A stretch of 63,585 nt of DNA, filler included, from Folioceros fuciformis (lineage: Eukaryota): assembly GCA_049999805.1 (NCBI GenBank). It is 6 parts of 6 records of this genome, joined end to end, with 100 filler letters (N's around TTAATTAATTAA, not from the genome) between each part and the next. Parts side by side here need not be neighbours in the genome. Positions count along the whole stretch, not along the records: positions 58,080 to 63,585 come from JBNGIO010004593.1; 5 more parts are not named here. The stretch is one strand, 5' to 3'. The notes beneath the pieces are model-generated. The model saw nothing but the letters and a program-made list of their open reading frames with translations, did not search any database and had not been told where the DNA came from. A program made the position numbers and the translations under genes. Each line of letters opens with the position of its first letter. Positions within the stretch are counted from its first letter, which is position 1. Of the stretch, positions 60,022 through 63,585 are shown in pieces.

Positions 60022-61767
60022 ATGATGTACTTGGTATTCCTTTACAAGGAATCTCGAGGTTGTGGGCTCAGGAGTTCAGGTCAAGGGTATATCAGTTGCA
60101 AATTTTTGGGTTGGTGTGTCGAAAAGGAGTTATCTAACTTGGGCTCTTATGGAATAGATCGGAGTCCCGTTGGTAGGAGGTGGAGGAGGTCAAGGGGGAA
60201 TTTGGGTTAGTGGCTCGACACGTCAGACTCATATTTTCATGGTTGCAAGAACGGTTAGAGGATAAGGTGCAACAGGTTTTAAGGCAACATCATATCACGT
60301 GCGCTGAGGGGTGGTATGCATACTCCATGGACAGTAAGGGAGTGGACTCTGAGGAGGATGAATAGGAGAAAACCCTAGAACTTGATAGGGTTGTTTGGCT
60401 TTCGGGTACGGTGGACAAAGAACAGTTGCGGACATTTAAGGTCATGTCACCTGAAGGACTTTTGGAAGATCAGGGTAGGGATGATGGTGTAGTCCAAAGA
60501 GGGGAGTTGCGCGCCATCACAGTCCTCTCTAAGTCCGTTAGAGCAGGGCGATGGTGCACTCAAGACGAACGCCCTAATGGGCCATAGCCCTTGGACAAGT
60601 TTATGGTATGGGGTTGGTTTCGACTGGTGGAAAATTGGGCATTGGCCTTAAGACCAGACCTCTACAAATGGCCTAGGAGTTTAGGGAGCAGGGAGGCTAG
60701 CCTTTGATCTTTCTTCAACTTCCCAACGACGGACATATTTCTCTGGATGGTGCGAGCGCAGAAAATCAAGCAACGGCAACCAATGGCTCCTAGGCTATAG
60801 CTATCTGTGCGGCAACAAAGGGAAGCTATCAAGTTGCTTTGGAAGTCAGTAGGAATTCCTCCCAAGGTTAGGATGACGGTTTGGTGTTTGTTTCAAGCAT
60901 GTTTACCTAATGCGGATCGATGGGATGGGTTGTTAGTTGCAACGAGAGAGGACCAGTGTCGACTTTGCACCTTTGGTGCCCCAAACAAAAGTCAGCACAT
61001 ATTCTTTCATTGCAGCTTTGCGCAGGAGATTTGGAGTGAGGTGGGCATGTGGCTGCAAAGGATTCTTCTTGGCGCTAATCTCAAGATCAAGAAACAAACT
61101 GCCTTATTTGGGTTGGATGCAGTCTCGGTCAAAGCTCTACTTCAGACGCAATGGTGGGGCTTACTTTGGTCTTCTTGCCTTTTTCATCTTTGGGTTAACT
61201 GGTCCTCCGTGGTTTATGGAGGAAATGAGCCAACCTCAACTAAGGCTTTACTATATAGCATATGGGAGCACTTATTGATTGCAGCAGAAGGTCCGAGGCA
61301 GTCTCATCAGAAATAGTTCAAGCGGAAAGAGTGGAGGACGGCGGGTTTCCTAGATCCTGGGAATGATGAACATTGGAATCACACCTGCCTCTGGGGAAGG
61401 TGAGCTCCTATGGTCTTCAGGCGAATTTGAGGTTTAAGTCTGAGTGGTCTTAGCAGTCTGCTACTATTATAGTGGTGGGGAGCAGTTTCTGGGCGTTCTG
61501 TCTTAAGGTCTGGATACGAGGTCGGTTTTTCCTCCCACTCATGGTGCTCACGCTTTGTAAATACGTAAGCAAGGGCCCCCTTTGTATTGTAAGAGGAAGA
61601 CATCTTCCAATAGTTAATCAGAATCCTTTTCTTCCCGAAAAAAGGCCCCCTTTGTATTGTAAGAGGAAGACATCTTCCAATANNNNNNNNNNAAAAAAGG
61701 CCCCCTTTGTATTGTAAGAGGAAGACATCTTCCAATAATTAATCAGAATCCTTTTCTTCCCGAAAAA
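60022..61767 (+). mobile_element. 5'-truncated L1-clade LINE with 15-bp TSD
   Basis: zf-RVT motif (LWKS..IPPKVRMTVW...LP...CRLC...HIFFHCSFAQEIW); short A tail; AAGAAGGAAGATATG at 60007-60021 and 61768-61782. Confidence 0.9.
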
Positions 61768-62554
61768 AAGAAGGAAGATATGTTTATGTCCTCCCTACTC
61801 TCATAGTTAGATCAAGTAAAAGTGAGATAAATAGATTGGAGGCAGCCACCCATCTAAGTCCTTATCGAACACCTAGGCGCTTATCCATGGAGTTCCCATC
61901 CTTCCTTTGACACCTACACCCCTTGCCCAAGTGTGAACGAAAAAAACTTTCGGAACCCCCATTTTGAGCGACGGAATGAGCAGGTTGTGATTTTTTTTGT
62001 GAAGGGACAAGCGAATCGGCTTAGTAGGTAAATAAGACCAGGGTGTTTATGCCCAAAGTCCCTCTTGGGCTTCAGGGTTTGGGGTGTACTGGAGACCGGG
62101 ACAAGGAGGGGGAATGAGCGACTGCCTCCTTGGCCCTCGGGTCATTGAGAACATTAAGGACCAGGTCTGTAGGTAGGTGAGTGGGGTATGTCCTTGGCCT
62201 TTGGTGGTCCGGGACCCCTTAGGTCTCTATATATGCTACCCCCCCCCCCTTTTTTTTTGAGAAATAAGGAAATAGAAATGATTAGGGAACAGGCCAGTTG
62301 TGGACTTGGGCAAAAGTAAGGGCCCGAGACGACGGGGCGACAAAAGCCGGCAGGGCAACCGTCGCCAGAGGGACGATTGGTGGTAGCCCGACGGGCGGTA
62401 AGGAGAGAAAGCAGGTAGGGCATAAAAACCCTAGAGAAAGGGGAGCTTTGTCCAACATCCGAAAGCGCGGGGAGCGGGAGTAACTTGAAGCGTGAAGCGG
62501 TTGAAGGAAGAGAAAGCGCTAGGACGACGGGGCAGACGACGTAGGGCGTGAGGG

Positions 62555-62737
62555 TTGAGCAGGCACAGGGGAGTGGGAGACCTCCAAGGCACGAGCGGTG
62601 GAGAGAGCTGGGCGAACAGAGGAAGAGCCAGAGCGCGACCAGGACAGAAGAGTTCTGAGCCCGAGCGTGAGGGGGGCAGGACAGGCAGGATGAGGTCGGA
62701 GCCTGAACTGATCCCTGGAGCAGCAGCCTCTAGACAG

Positions 62738-62786
<49 letters not shown>

Positions 62787-63585
62787 TGGAGCACTGGAGG
62801 GTAAGGGCAGGAAAGTTGGTGGCAGAGCTGGGTCTGACTTTTATGACCTAGAAGTGGAACCATGCAGCACCCCAACTGGTCAGGGAGTGCGCCCTGAGGT
62901 TGATAGAGCCTGTACGCGAGGAGGGGATCAGAGGTAGACCCCAGGAATGGAACCTGGAGTTGATCAGGAGGGTCTACGGGCGCGACCAACAGGAGGAAGG
63001 GGGACTAGTGCTGGAGTCCCTGAAGAGGCGTGGCGGAACAGGAGCCGCGGAAACGCTGCTCAAGGCAGGCACGAGAAAGGAAGCGAACGGGTGGCTGGTG
63101 CGCGACATGGCAAGTCCCCAGCTGTTGGGATTGGCCAGGTGGTTTCTAAGCTTCTTCCAGGTACGCAAACAGGATTATTTGTCCGACCAGATGCTCCTGT
63201 TTGTGCATGAAGTAGTGAAGGGCACCAGGATTGACTAGGGGAGGATTTTATACGCTCGGATGGATGAGGAGAGGCAGACCTGATCCGACCCACCCCTAAA
63301 CCTTCTATGATTTCCCCGTTTCTAATCCATGTGTACAGTTACGCTAACCTGTTCACTGAGCTAGAAATGCTGGCCTCGCTGCACTTGTGGAAGCCAGTTC
63401 GCGATGTGAAGTGGAAGCCCGCTGAGCCAGCAAGGGCTGCCTCCAGCAGTTGGGAAGCTGACAGTGGGAATAGCTCGCAGGAGGAAACCCCAGTCAAAGC
63501 CCAGGAAGAGGATGGTGCCACAAAAGAAGACTCCTGCCAAGAGGAAAAGGACCAGAGGACAAAGTGTGAGCATGGGGGCTGATCA
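62555..63585 (+). pseudogene. Decayed transposon-associated ORF (bryophyte repeat-protein-like), runs off window
   Basis: Three same-frame ORF pieces separated by stops, with motifs IRGRPQEW...NGW...IDxGRIL...ISPFL..VY. The family call is from memory of liverwort repeat-derived hypothetical proteins and is unverified. Confidence 0.5.

Overview
Eukaryotic land-plant nuclear DNA. It is most likely from a seed-free plant such as a hornwort, inferred from short (~80-120 nt) GT-AG introns, GC-rich exons and a long PLS-type PPR gene. The window is not contiguous: six scaffolds are joined by five artificial N44-TTAATTAATTAA-N44 linkers, and there are further 100-N gaps. Host genes are tRNA-Glu(TTC), an intronless ABCB26/TAP1-like half-transporter, a 12-exon ARP5, a PLS-E+ PPR gene without a DYW domain, an unrecognised multi-exon Ser-rich/coiled-coil/2-TM gene, and a 4-exon IRX10-like GT47. 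The rest is dense, nested transposon sequence: many decayed Ty1/copia elements and LTRs, a CRE-like non-LTR element near the tRNA, a 5'-truncated L1 with a 15-bp TSD, a CACTA end, and several minisatellites. The most unusual recurring pattern is a copia group (Gag motif KEKD[R]FNG/DG, four copies) with short LTRs and very long (1.3-2 kb) PBS-to-gag leaders. These leaders carry extra sense-strand, Arg-rich ORFs and sometimes tandem repeats. All protein family calls come from motif recognition by eye, not from database searches.
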